Assembly (NCBI GenBank): GCA_021820465.1
Contig: JAKADP010000001.1
Location: 45,119 to 109,118 of the forward strand
Direction: 5' to 3'
Length of the DNA stretch: 64,000 nucleotides
Source of the DNA: Bacillota bacterium
GTDB lineage: Bacteria; Bacillota; Sulfobacillia; Sulfobacillales; JAIMBI01
Both the position numbers and the translations under genes were made by a program. The notes beneath the pieces are model-generated. The model searched no databases. It was not told the DNA's origin and saw nothing but the letters and a program-made list of their open reading frames with translations. Below, piece by piece: positions 32,691-41,472 of the stretch. Numbering within the stretch: the stretch's first letter is position 1; the number at the start of each line of letters is the position of its first letter.

Positions 32691-35600
32691 GGCGCGGCTC
32701 CTGCCAATCCTGCAAGGCGCGGATGACGAAGGGTGACCGGCTCTTGGACCGGAATCCCGCCAGAGCCGCCGTGAAGGTGTCCAGTGAGGTGAAGCACCAG
32801 ATGCCCGACTCGACGGCCGTCCTCCGGATGTAAAACCCTTCGGACTCCGCGGCCCCGCCGTGGGTGATGGTGTTCACCACCAAGGCATAGGCGCCGCTGC
32901 GAATCTGGTCCACCAAGTTGGGGCGCCCCTCCGCCAGGCGGCGCACCGGCATGGCCGGAATGCCGTGCGCCGACAGAAGGGCCAGGGTGCCCGCGGTGGC
33001 CGCCAGCCGATGGCCCAGTCGGTGCAGTTCCGCCAGCAGGGGCAGCGCCTCGGCCTTGTCCTGGTCAGCGATGGTGGCCAGCACCACCCCCTGACCTTGC
33101 AACCGGAAGCCCGCCGCCAAAAACGCCTTGTACAGGGCTGCGGGGTAGCTGGCGTCAATGCCCATCACTTCGCCGGTCGACTTCATCTCCGGGCCAAGCG
33201 CGGAGTCCACGTCCGACAGCTTCGCGAAGGAGAACACCGGCATCTTCACCGCCACCGACGCCGGCGGATCCATGAGGCCGGACGGCACGCCCAGGTCGGC
33301 GAGGCGCTCGCCCAGCATGGCCGCGATAGCCCAGTCCACCAGCGGGGCACCTGTGGCCTTGGTGATGAACGGCACCGTGCGGCTGGCGCGCGGATTGGCT
33401 TCCAGCACGTACACCGTGCCGCGGTGCGCGACAAACTGGATGTTGATGTGCCCCTGAATCCTAAGCCCCCGCGCCAGCGCGGTGGTGGCCCGCACCACCG
33501 CCTGCTGCACGTCGGCGGTGGCGGTGGGCGGCGGCAACACCGCCACCGAGTCGCCGGAGTGCACTCCCGCACGCTCGACGTGCTCCAAAATCGCCGGAAT
33601 AACCACGGTGTCGCCGTCGGAAACCGCATCCACCTCCAGCTCCATGCCGGAGAGGTACCGGTCCACCAACAGCGGGCGACCGGGACGCATCGTGGCTTCC
33701 TCGGCCAGGTAGCGCCGCATGTCGGCGGGCCCTTCGACGATGCGCATCGCGCGGCCGCCCAGCACGTAGGACGGCCGCACCAGAACCGGGTACCCAATCT
33801 GCTCGGCGGCCGCCAGCGCTTCGGCCGCCGTCGTGGCCGTCGCACCCGGAGGCCGCATGAGGCCCAATTCGGCCATCAGGGCGTCAAACCGCTGCCGGTC
33901 CTCGGCGCGGTCCATGTCACCGACGCGGGTGCCGAGCACCGAAACCCCCGCGTCGGCCAGCTGCGCCGCCAGATTGATGGCCGTCTGGCCGCCGAACTGC
34001 ACAAGCACCCCGCGGGGGCACTCGAGATCGACGACGTTCAAGACATCCTCCAAGGTGAGCGGCTCAAAGTAGAGCCGGTCCGACACGTTGTAGTCGGTTG
34101 ACACGGTTTCGGGATTGCTGTTGATCATGATGGCGGAAACCCCCCGGCGGCGCAGCGCCTCCAGGGCCACGACACTCGAGCAGTCAAACTCGATGCCCTG
34201 CCCAATCCGGATCGGGCCGGAGCCCAGCACCACAACCTTGTCGCCCCCGAGCGGCTCCGCCTCATTCTCCTCTTCGTAGCAACTATAGAAGTAGGGCGTT
34301 TGGGCCACAAACTCCCCCGCGCACGTATCCACCATCTTGTAGGTCGGCAGAATCCCGCGCGAGCGGCGCAGCGCCCGCAGGTCGGCGGCCGTCTTCCCGG
34401 TGAGGGCCCCCAGCCGCGCGTCGGAAAACCCGAGCTGCTTTAGGCGGCGGAGCTGTGACGCCAAGCGCTCTGGGCGCGCCGCCAGCTCCTGCTCCACCGC
34501 CACCAGCCCGGCCAGGTGGCGCAGGAACCAGCGGTCAATTGCCGTGGCCGCATAGAGGGTGTCCACCGCCTCCCCGCGCCGCAGGAGCTCGGCCACCATA
34601 AACAGCCGCCGATCGGTGGGGGCGCCCACGCCACGCAATAGCTCGGCGCTCGGCACGTCCGCCAGCTGGGGGTCCACGAGGCCGTCTTGGCCGACATCCA
34701 GGGAGCGAATCGCCTTTTGCAGCGCCCCGGGAAACGTCCGGTCAATTGCCATGACTTCTCCGGTGGCTTTCATCTGCGTGCCCAGCCGCCGGTCCGCCCG
34801 CGGAAATTTGTCGAAGGGCCAGCGGGGAATCTTCACGACGACATAGTCCAGCGCCGGCTCAAATGCGGCGCTGGTTTTGCCCGTGATCGGGTTCAGGATT
34901 TCCTCCAGCGTATAGCCGAGCGCAATCTTGGTGGCCACCCGCGCGATGGGGTATCCCGTGGCTTTCGAGGCCAGCGCGCTGGAGCGGGACACACGAGGGT
35001 TCACCTCGATGACCCGATACTCGCCGCTGGTGGGGTGCAGCGCAAACTGCACATTGCAGCCGCCGCGGACGTCCAGCGCGGCCACGATGTCCAGGGCCGC
35101 GCGCCTGAGGCGGTGGTAGTCGCGGTCAGACAGCGTCTGGCTGGGCGCCACCACGATCGAGTCCCCCGTGTGCACACCCACCGGGTCCAGGTTTTCCATG
35201 TTGCACACCACGACGGCCGTGCCGCGCGCGTCGCGCATCACCTCATATTCAAGCTCCTTCCAGCCCGCAATGCTGGCTTCCACCAGCGTCTGGTGAATCG
35301 GGCTGGCATCCAGCGCCCGCTCGGTGGCGCGCGCGAGCTCCACGGCATCATGTGCAAATCCGCCCCCGGTGCCGCCGAGCGTATACGCGGGCCGCAGGAT
35401 GACGGGAAATCCGATCCGCTCCGCAAAGTGCAGCGCCTCGTCGACAGTCCGCACGGTTTGGCTCTCGCAAATCGGCTGACCCAACTGAATCATGGCTTGG
35501 CGAAAGCGCTCGCGATCCTCGGCCTGCTCGATGGCGGGCAGCCCGGTCCCCAACAGCTCCACGCCCAAGTCGGACAGCACACCCGCACGGTCCAGCTCCC

Positions 35601-35898
35601 GCGCCAGGTTGAGTCCCATCTGCCCCCCGAGGGTGGCCAACAGCCCATCCGGACGCTCCTGGGCCAGCACGTTGGCCAAAAAGGACACCGTCAGCGGCTC
35701 GAGATACACCCGATCCGCCACCGCGGGATCCGTCATGATGGTGGCAGGGTTGCTGTTGACCAGCACCACCTCCACCCCTTCTTCCTTGAGGGCGTGGCAC
35801 GCCTGCGTCCCGGCGTAGTCAAATTCGGCCGCCTGCCCAATGATGATGGGCCCCGACCCAATGACGGCCACCCGTTTCAAATCCTCGCGCTTAGGCAT
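32677..35898 (-). CDS. carB: Carbamoyl-phosphate synthase large subunit
   Basis: ORF 32677..35970 with ATG 35898 (MPKREDLKRVAVIGSGPIIIGQAAEFDYAGTQA). It has duplicated ATP-grasp halves and an MGS-like tail, 1073 aa in total. Confidence 0.95.
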   Translation of the reverse strand: MPKREDLKRVAVIGSGPIIIGQAAEFDYAGTQACHALKEEGVEVVLVNSNPATIMTDPAVADRVYLEPLTVSFLANVLAQERPDGLLATLGGQMGLNLARELDRAGVLSDLGVELLGTGLPAIEQAEDRERFRQAMIQLGQPICESQTVRTVDEALHFAERIGFPVILRPAYTLGGTGGGFAHDAVELARATERALDASPIHQTLVEASIAGWKELEYEVMRDARGTAVVVCNMENLDPVGVHTGDSIVVAPSQTLSDRDYHRLRRAALDIVAALDVRGGCNVQFALHPTSGEYRVIEVNPRVSRSSALASKATGYPIARVATKIALGYTLEEILNPITGKTSAAFEPALDYVVVKIPRWPFDKFPRADRRLGTQMKATGEVMAIDRTFPGALQKAIRSLDVGQDGLVDPQLADVPSAELLRGVGAPTDRRLFMVAELLRRGEAVDTLYAATAIDRWFLRHLAGLVAVEQELAARPERLASQLRRLKQLGFSDARLGALTGKTAADLRALRRSRGILPTYKMVDTCAGEFVAQTPYFYSCYEEENEAEPLGGDKVVVLGSGPIRIGQGIEFDCSSVVALEALRRRGVSAIMINSNPETVSTDYNVSDRLYFEPLTLEDVLNVVDLECPRGVLVQFGGQTAINLAAQLADAGVSVLGTRVGDMDRAEDRQRFDALMAELGLMRPPGATATTAAEALAAAEQIGYPVLVRPSYVLGGRAMRIVEGPADMRRYLAEEATMRPGRPLLVDRYLSGMELEVDAVSDGDTVVIPAILEHVERAGVHSGDSVAVLPPPTATADVQQAVVRATTALARGLRIQGHINIQFVAHRGTVYVLEANPRASRTVPFITKATGAPLVDWAIAAMLGERLADLGVPSGLMDPPASVAVKMPVFSFAKLSDVDSALGPEMKSTGEVMGIDASYPAALYKAFLAAGFRLQGQGVVLATIADQDKAEALPLLAELHRLGHRLAATAGTLALLSAHGIPAMPVRRLAEGRPNLVDQIRSGAYALVVNTITHGGAAESEGFYIRRTAVESGIWCFTSLDTFTAALAGFRSKSRSPFVIRALQDWQEPRHASV

Positions 35899-36991
35899 GG
35901 GATGCCGTCCTCCCTTCGCGGCTATCGCGGACGTAGGTGGCAAATTCGTCGAAGATGCGGGCGGCGTCATGGGGGCCCGGGCCCGCCTCGGGATGGTGCT
36001 GCACGGTGATCACGGGACGCCGCACATGCGCCAACCCCTCGATCGTGTGGTCGTTCAGGTTGGTAAACCGCACGCGGTACTCCCGAGGCAGTGACGCGCC
36101 GTCCACCGCGTACCCGTGATTGTGGCTGGTAATGTCCACCTGTCCCGTCGCCTCGTCGCGCACCGGATGGTTGCTGCCGTGGTGGCCAAACTTCAGGGGG
36201 AAGGTGCGCCCTCCCGCCGCCAGCGCCACCAGCTGGTGGCCCAGGCAAATGCCGAGCGTGGGATAATGCTCCACCGCCTCGCGCACTAGGTCCAGACGCC
36301 CCGCCAAATCCTGGGGGTCTCCCGGGCCGTTGGACAGCACCACGCCATCCGCGTGCAGGGCGCGCAGGTCGTCCACCCTCGCGGTGGAGGGCAGCACCAC
36401 CACCCGAAAGCCGCGCCGCGACAGCTCGTCCACAATCCCCCTCTTGAGCCCATAGTCCACGACGGCCACGGTGGGGCCGTCCCCCGGGACGACGTAGGAG
36501 GCTTGGGTGCTCACACTGTCGACGATGCCCGCCAGGCTGAACCCCTGAACCACCTCGCGGCGCACCGCGTCGGCCAGCGGGTCCCCCGCATGCAGCACGC
36601 CCACCTCCGTGCCCCGGTCGCGGAGGCAGCGAGTCAGCGCCCGAGTGTCCACCTCGGCCAGCACCGGCACGCCATGCGCGCCCAGGTAGTCCCGCAGCTC
36701 CATGGCGGCGTCTCCGTGCGAGGCGACTTCGGCTTGGTGCACCACCAGCCCCCGGAGAGCGGGCGCCGCCGACTCGCACCAAGCGGGCGCGGCGCCGTAC
36801 GACCCAATGAGGGGGTAGGTCAGCACCACGATCTGCCCCGCATACGACGGGTCGGTGCAAATTTCCTGATACCCCGTCAGGGCGGTGTTGAAGACAACCT
36901 CGCCCACCACCCGGCCCCGCGGCGGCTCCCCCAGCCATCGGCCGGCAAACTGACGGCCGTCGGCCAGCTCCAGCAACCCGTCGGCACTCAC
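35891..36991 (-). CDS. carA: Carbamoyl-phosphate synthase small (glutaminase) subunit
   Basis: ORF 35891..37123. GTG 36991 overlaps the pyrC stop (GTGA). It contains FNTALTGYQEICTDPSY, the catalytic GICLGHQ and HNHGY. Confidence 0.9.
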   Translation of the reverse strand: MSADGLLELADGRQFAGRWLGEPPRGRVVGEVVFNTALTGYQEICTDPSYAGQIVVLTYPLIGSYGAAPAWCESAAPALRGLVVHQAEVASHGDAAMELRDYLGAHGVPVLAEVDTRALTRCLRDRGTEVGVLHAGDPLADAVRREVVQGFSLAGIVDSVSTQASYVVPGDGPTVAVVDYGLKRGIVDELSRRGFRVVVLPSTARVDDLRALHADGVVLSNGPGDPQDLAGRLDLVREAVEHYPTLGICLGHQLVALAAGGRTFPLKFGHHGSNHPVRDEATGQVDITSHNHGYAVDGASLPREYRVRFTNLNDHTIEGLAHVRRPVITVQHHPEAGPGPHDAARIFDEFATYVRDSREGRTASHA

Positions 36992-38286
36992 GACACCACC
37001 TGCCCTTCCCGAAATGTAAAGCGCCCTCCCCGCACCGTGGCCACCGCTCGGCCATAGAGCACATGGCCGGCCAGCGGCGTATTGGCCCCCCGGGACTGAA
37101 AGGCCGCGGGGTCCACGCGCCACGACACGTCGGGGTCGATGAGCGTGAAGTCCGCCGGTGAGCCGGGGACGACACCCGCGTAGGGCTCCCCCACCACATC
37201 GTGGGGACCCGCGGTCACGAGCCCCATGAGCGCAAGCGGCGTGAGCCGCCGCTCATGATGGAACACGGTCAGCAGCACCCCCAGCAGCGTCTCGATGCCG
37301 CTGATGCCAAAAGGCGCCGCGGCGAACGGGCCCCCCTTCTCGCCCGCGGCATGCGGCGCATGGTCTGACGCCACCACGGTGACCACGCCCCGCTCCACCG
37401 CTTGGCGCAGCGCGTCGCGCATGCCGGCGGGGCGGAGCGGCGGGTTCACCTTGGCCATGCCCGTCGGGTGCCACTCGGCCAAGGCGTCGTCGGTGAGCAG
37501 CAGGTGGTGCGGTGATGCTTCACCCGTGGCATGAGCGCCTTGCGCGCGCGCCCAGGCCAGCGCCGCCAGCGTGTCCGGCACCGAGCAGTGAGCAAAGTGC
37601 AGCCGCCCGCCATAGGCCCGCAGCAGGCCCACGTCCCGCCACGCCATGACCGACTCTGCCGCCGCAGGCATGCCGGCCAGTCCCAGGCGGGCGGCCACCG
37701 CCCCCTCGTGGGCCATGCCGCCGTGGGCCAACTCAGGATCCTCGAGGTGTTGAATGATCGGCGTGCCATGTTGTGCGCTGAACGCCAGCGCTGCGGCCAT
37801 CAGGCGGCTGGAGGCCACGGGGTGGCCGTCGTCGGAAAGCGCCCGCGCGCCCGCGCCGCGCATGGTGTCCCAATCCGCTGGGCGCGCGCCCTGCGACCCC
37901 ACGCTCACCGCCCCGATGCCCCAGGCCGCGACCAACCCCACCTGGGCCACCCGGCCCAGCACGCGATTCATCGCCGCGCCGCTGTCAATCACCGGGCTCG
38001 TGTTGGGCATGAGGCCCACCACCGACACGCCACCCGCGGCCGCCGCCCGCGAACCCGACCCAATGTCCTCCTTGTGCTCCTGGCCCGGCTCGCGAAAGTG
38101 CACGTGCAGGTCCGCGACCCGGGGCACCAGCCAGAGGCCCCGGCCATCCACGATCTCGCCGGCGGTGTCCGGCGCCGCCGGCGGCTGGGCAAACCGACCG
38201 CCTTCGTCCACGTAGACGTCGGCCACGGCGTCGGTGCCCGCGAACGGGTCCACCACCCGCACGCCGCGCACAGAGAGCGCGGTCAC
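36988..38286 (-). CDS. pyrC: Dihydroorotase
   Basis: 432 aa. It contains [10 protein letters not shown], the KVNPPLR region and ASDHAPH. The start codon overlaps the pyrR stop. Confidence 0.9.
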   Translation of the reverse strand: MTALSVRGVRVVDPFAGTDAVADVYVDEGGRFAQPPAAPDTAGEIVDGRGLWLVPRVADLHVHFREPGQEHKEDIGSGSRAAAAGGVSVVGLMPNTSPVIDSGAAMNRVLGRVAQVGLVAAWGIGAVSVGSQGARPADWDTMRGAGARALSDDGHPVASSRLMAAALAFSAQHGTPIIQHLEDPELAHGGMAHEGAVAARLGLAGMPAAAESVMAWRDVGLLRAYGGRLHFAHCSVPDTLAALAWARAQGAHATGEASPHHLLLTDDALAEWHPTGMAKVNPPLRPAGMRDALRQAVERGVVTVVASDHAPHAAGEKGGPFAAAPFGISGIETLLGVLLTVFHHERRLTPLALMGLVTAGPHDVVGEPYAGVVPGSPADFTLIDPDVSWRVDPAAFQSRGANTPLAGHVLYGRAVATVRGGRFTFREGQVVS

Positions 38287-38831
38287 AGCGCTTCCTCCGG
38301 TGACACCAGATCCACGCCGTCCGACCCGTCAACCTCCACGAGGCGGACCGCCACCCGCTCCGTGCGGGCGGTCGGCACGTTCTTGCCAACGTAGTCCGCG
38401 CGAATCGGCAGCTCGCGGTGGCCCCGGTCCACCAGGACAGCCAGCTCCACCTGCTGCGGCCGGCCATGCTCCGCCAGGGCGTCCAGCGCAGCCCGCACGC
38501 TGCGGCCCGTGTATAGCACGTCGTCCACCAGCACGACACGACGACCCCGCGTCGCGACCGGGGCCAGCGCCGCAGCCGGCCCCACCCCTCGCTCGTCGTC
38601 CCGCCAGGGGCCAATATCCAACCCGCCCGTCGGGATGTTGGCGTCCTGATGCCCGGCAATCACCGCCAAGGCGTTCGCGAGCCGCCGGGCCAGCGGCTCC
38701 CCGCGCCGGCGGATGCCCACCAGCACCACGTCGTCCAGCTCACGGTGCCGCTCCCAGACCTCATGGGCTACCCTCAGCCAGGCGCGGCGCACCGCCTCGC
38801 TGTCCATGATCTCCCGCCGCCGCTCTCCCAC
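38283..38831 (-). CDS. pyrR: Bifunctional pyr mRNA-binding attenuation protein / uracil phosphoribosyltransferase
   Basis: ORF 38283..38852. It contains [40 protein letters not shown] and [14 protein letters not shown] 38831 is chosen by alignment with the B. subtilis PyrR N-terminus. ATG 38807 is the alternative. The ORF-track start lies inside the attenuator hairpin. Confidence 0.85.
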   Translation of the reverse strand: MGERRREIMDSEAVRRAWLRVAHEVWERHRELDDVVLVGIRRRGEPLARRLANALAVIAGHQDANIPTGGLDIGPWRDDERGVGPAAALAPVATRGRRVVLVDDVLYTGRSVRAALDALAEHGRPQQVELAVLVDRGHRELPIRADYVGKNVPTARTERVAVRLVEVDGSDGVDLVSPEEAL

Positions 38832-38870
38832 AAAAAAACCCCTTTCCCGCACGGGGCGTGCAGAAAGGGT
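38832..38870 (-). terminator. pyr attenuator: intrinsic terminator hairpin plus U7 tract immediately upstream of pyrR
   Basis: The minus strand reads ACCCTTTCTGCAC-GCCCC-GTGCGGGAAAGGGG followed by TTTTTTT. Confidence 0.75.
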
Positions 38871-38893
38871 AGGGTGGGTCCCGTTCCCTTCCT

Positions 38894-38906
38894 GGCCTCA
38901 CGGGAC
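38894..38906 (-). promoter_or_regulatory. Putative PyrR-binding loop (anti-antiterminator)
   Basis: The minus strand reads GUCCCGUGAGGCC. This matches the core of the remembered PyrR site ARUCCAGAGAGGYU at U-C-C-x-G-x-G-A-G-G-C. It lies between the promoter and the terminator. Confidence 0.55.
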
Positions 38907-38934
38907 CAGATTAAAGGTGCGAGTCTCTGGTCGG

Positions 38935-38963
38935 AGTCTAGCCTGTCCCATCCCGCACGTCAA
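38935..38963 (-). promoter_or_regulatory. pyr operon sigma-A promoter TTGACG-N17-TAGACT
   Basis: Minus-strand -35 is TTGACG (38963-38958). Spacer is 17 nt. Minus-strand -10 is TAGACT (38940-38935). Confidence 0.5.
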
Positions 38964-39056
38964 GACCACACCGGCTCTAGGCTAATACCGGTGGGATCGG
39001 GCGGGCCAGGTGTGCGGGCCGATGCGGGTCCCGAGCTCCCTCTCCGCGCGCCTCGG

Positions 39057-39608
39057 TCATGGCTGGTGGCTGCCGACCCAACTTGCGAACGCGGCCATCA
39101 CCCGATCAAAGCGCTGGGCGCCCGCGGCCGAAAGCGTACGGTTGGCCGCGGCGCGCTCCGCGGGCAGAACATCGCTCTGAAACACGTTGGCCACATGCAG
39201 AGCCCACGCCCGGCCCGAGGACCCACTGGCCGCCGGGCCCTGGGTAGCCAGTGCCAGCTCCAAGTCCGCGGTGTCCAGCGCGGTCAGCCCCGCCGACAGT
39301 GCGGGCACCGGCTCAGACCGATTGCCCTGCCAGATGTAGCGGTCTAGCCCCGCATGCGACAGCGTGTCGGCCAGGGTCGACGCTTGGAGCCAGAGCGCCG
39401 AGGCGCTGGCCCCGGCCGTGCCGTTGGCAATCGAGCGAAAATCAAGCGCCATGGTGGCCTCGTCCTGGAGCACCGTGCTGCCGATGTCGCCCCCAGGAGC
39501 TGGCACCGGCCCGGGGGAACTGCCATGCAGCGCGTAGCCCAGCACGCCCCCCACCACCAGCGCGGCCAAGAGCGACAGGAGGCGCCCCCTCTGCAATCTA
39601 ACGGCCAT
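39057..39608 (-). CDS. Hypothetical membrane-anchored protein
   Basis: ORF 39057..39659 with ATG 39608 after GGAGGG. The N-terminus is MAVRLQRGRLLSLLAALVVGGVLGYAL, a signal anchor, followed by an Ala/Ser-rich soluble domain. I recognise no family. Confidence 0.5.
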   Translation of the reverse strand: MAVRLQRGRLLSLLAALVVGGVLGYALHGSSPGPVPAPGGDIGSTVLQDEATMALDFRSIANGTAGASASALWLQASTLADTLSHAGLDRYIWQGNRSEPVPALSAGLTALDTADLELALATQGPAASGSSGRAWALHVANVFQSDVLPAERAAANRTLSAAGAQRFDRVMAAFASWVGSHQP

Positions 39609-39930
39609 CGGGACCCTCCGGGTCCGGCCGGCGATACAAAAACCCTGGGGCGTCCCCAAGACGGCCTGACTCCACGGCAGCCCAAATCAACCCCACCCGC
39701 CGCGCACGCGCTCGAGCAAACCACGCGCCATCGGGATACAGGACCGCGACCGGAGCCGCCCGGCACATGGCCAAGCACGCCGTGGGCACCACCACGGCCC
39801 GCGCGGCCTCCCCCCGGCCCACGCGGCGCTGCCAGGCGATCCGGGCTTCCAGGCCCCCGGCGGCCTGGCACACTGCCCCCTGGCACACCAGCAGCCGCCG
39901 GCGCGCCCGACTCACATCGGGTGCAAGCAC
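39598..39930 (-). CDS. Thioredoxin-like [2Fe-2S] ferredoxin-type small protein
   Basis: 110 aa. Four Cys are spaced C-x4-C (VCQGAVC) ... C-x3-C (ACLAMC), followed by PVAVLYPDGAWF. This is the pattern of thioredoxin-fold 2Fe-2S ferredoxins. GTG start; the 3' end overlaps the next gene by 11 nt. Confidence 0.6.
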   Translation of the reverse strand: MLAPDVSRARRRLLVCQGAVCQAAGGLEARIAWQRRVGRGEAARAVVVPTACLAMCRAAPVAVLYPDGAWFARARARRVGLIWAAVESGRLGDAPGFLYRRPDPEGPDGR

Positions 39931-40033
39931 CGCGCACCTCCCTCCTCAGCCGTCGTCGGCAGGTTCTCTCGGGATGGTTCGAGGCTAGTGTGCGCGCCAC
40001 GCACCGCCCGCGCAAATGCGTGCGACCCAAATC

Positions 40034-41011
40034 TCAGCCGCCCGCTGGCCCCAAGGGCGTCAGGGGGTCCCGGGGGGGGATAGCGCCCCACTCCGGCGGC
40101 CCCAGCTGCTCTAAGGCGTCGTGCCACCGCTCGGGCCAGGGCTCCACCAGCGTGAGGTGGCGGTGGCGGCGCGTGGGATGCTCAAAAGACAGCGCGTAGG
40201 CAAAGAGCGCCTGATGCGCCTGGCCCAGCGCCGGACCGGTGCCGTAGACGGCGTCGCCTACCACCGGATGGCCCAAGGCAGCCATGTGCACTCGCACCTG
40301 GTGGGTGCGGCCGCTCTCCAACTCCAGCGCCACCCAGCTGTGGTGCGCCCACCGCGCCAGCGTCTCGTACCGAGTCGCGGCCGGCCGGCCGCCGGCGGTG
40401 ACCGCCATGCGCGTGCGGTGGCGAGGATCTCGGCCAATCGGTGCGCTGAGTCGGCCCTGTGGCGGGTCCACGTGGCCCTCCACCAGGGCCCAGTAGCGCC
40501 GATGCACGTCCCGCCGCGCCAGTGCAGCGCTCAGGGCCGCGCGAGCCACCTGCGTCCGCGCCAGCATCATGAGGCCGGCCGTGTCGCGATCCAGCCGATG
40601 CACCACCCCGGCGCGGCCCGGCTCGCCCCCGGCCGCTGCCACGTCGGGCCACAGCGCCTGAACCAGTGTGCCGTGGGCGTGGCCCGCGCCCGGGTGCACC
40701 ACCACGCCGGCGGGCTTGCACACCACCACCAGCACGTCGTCGCGGTACCGAAGGGGAATCACAACCTCAAGCGGCTCATGCTGGAGCGGCACGGCCGGCG
40801 GAGCTTCCTGAGGGAGGGCCGCGTCGATGATGTCGCCCGGCGCCACGAGGTGTCCGACTCGACGGACAGGACGGCCGTTCACCCACACCTGGCCGTCGGC
40901 AATGGCTGCCTGCCAGCGCGTGCGCGACCACGTGGGCCACCGGGCGCTGACGAGCCGGTCTAGGCGCCCTCCCGCCTCGCCGGGCGCCACAGTCGCGGTC
41001 ATTCGCGTCAT
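40034..41011 (-). CDS. rluD: 23S rRNA pseudouridine synthase, RluD/RluA family
   Basis: ORF 40034..41041. ATG 41011 overlaps the lspA stop (ATGA). It has an S4-like N-terminus, KPAGVVVHPG and the catalytic HRLDRDTAGLMMLA. Confidence 0.85.
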   Translation of the reverse strand: MTRMTATVAPGEAGGRLDRLVSARWPTWSRTRWQAAIADGQVWVNGRPVRRVGHLVAPGDIIDAALPQEAPPAVPLQHEPLEVVIPLRYRDDVLVVVCKPAGVVVHPGAGHAHGTLVQALWPDVAAAGGEPGRAGVVHRLDRDTAGLMMLARTQVARAALSAALARRDVHRRYWALVEGHVDPPQGRLSAPIGRDPRHRTRMAVTAGGRPAATRYETLARWAHHSWVALELESGRTHQVRVHMAALGHPVVGDAVYGTGPALGQAHQALFAYALSFEHPTRRHRHLTLVEPWPERWHDALEQLGPPEWGAIPPRDPLTPLGPAGG

Positions 41012-41472
41012 GAGGGGGTGCGGACGCGGTCGTGCCGCCAAGCTTCGACGGCCAGCAGCACCATGCCCACCACAATGGCGCTGTCGGCCAGATTAAAGAC
41101 CGGCCACGGCCCTATCGCGACATAGTCCACCACGCGCCCGCTGACCCATCGGTCCCACAGGTTGCCCACCGCGCCTCCCAACAGGAGGCCCAATCCCCAC
41201 GCCACAGCGCCGTGGGCTTCCGGATGGCGGACGAGCCAGCCCAGCCCGCCCGCCACCACCAGCACACCCACCACCGCCAGCCAGGCGCTGCCTCCCTGAA
41301 AGAGGCCAAACGCCGCGCCGGTATTTTCGGTAAGCGTGAGGCTGACACCCGGCAGGACGGGCACGGGCACGTCAGGGGTGAGCCGCGCCAGCACCAATCC
41401 CTGCACCCAGCGGTCGGCGGCAAACACGGCCACCGCCAGCAAGAGGGGCCCTAAGAGCCGCGGGCCCTTCAT
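41008..41472 (-). CDS. lspA: Lipoprotein signal peptidase II
   Basis: C-terminal 154 aa of ORF 41008..41958. It contains NTGAAFG, GGAVGNLWDR and FNLADSAI. ATG 41472 overlaps the ileS stop (ATGA). Confidence 0.9.
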   Translation of the reverse strand: MKGPRLLGPLLLAVAVFAADRWVQGLVLARLTPDVPVPVLPGVSLTLTENTGAAFGLFQGGSAWLAVVGVLVVAGGLGWLVRHPEAHGAVAWGLGLLLGGAVGNLWDRWVSGRVVDYVAIGPWPVFNLADSAIVVGMVLLAVEAWRHDRVRTPS

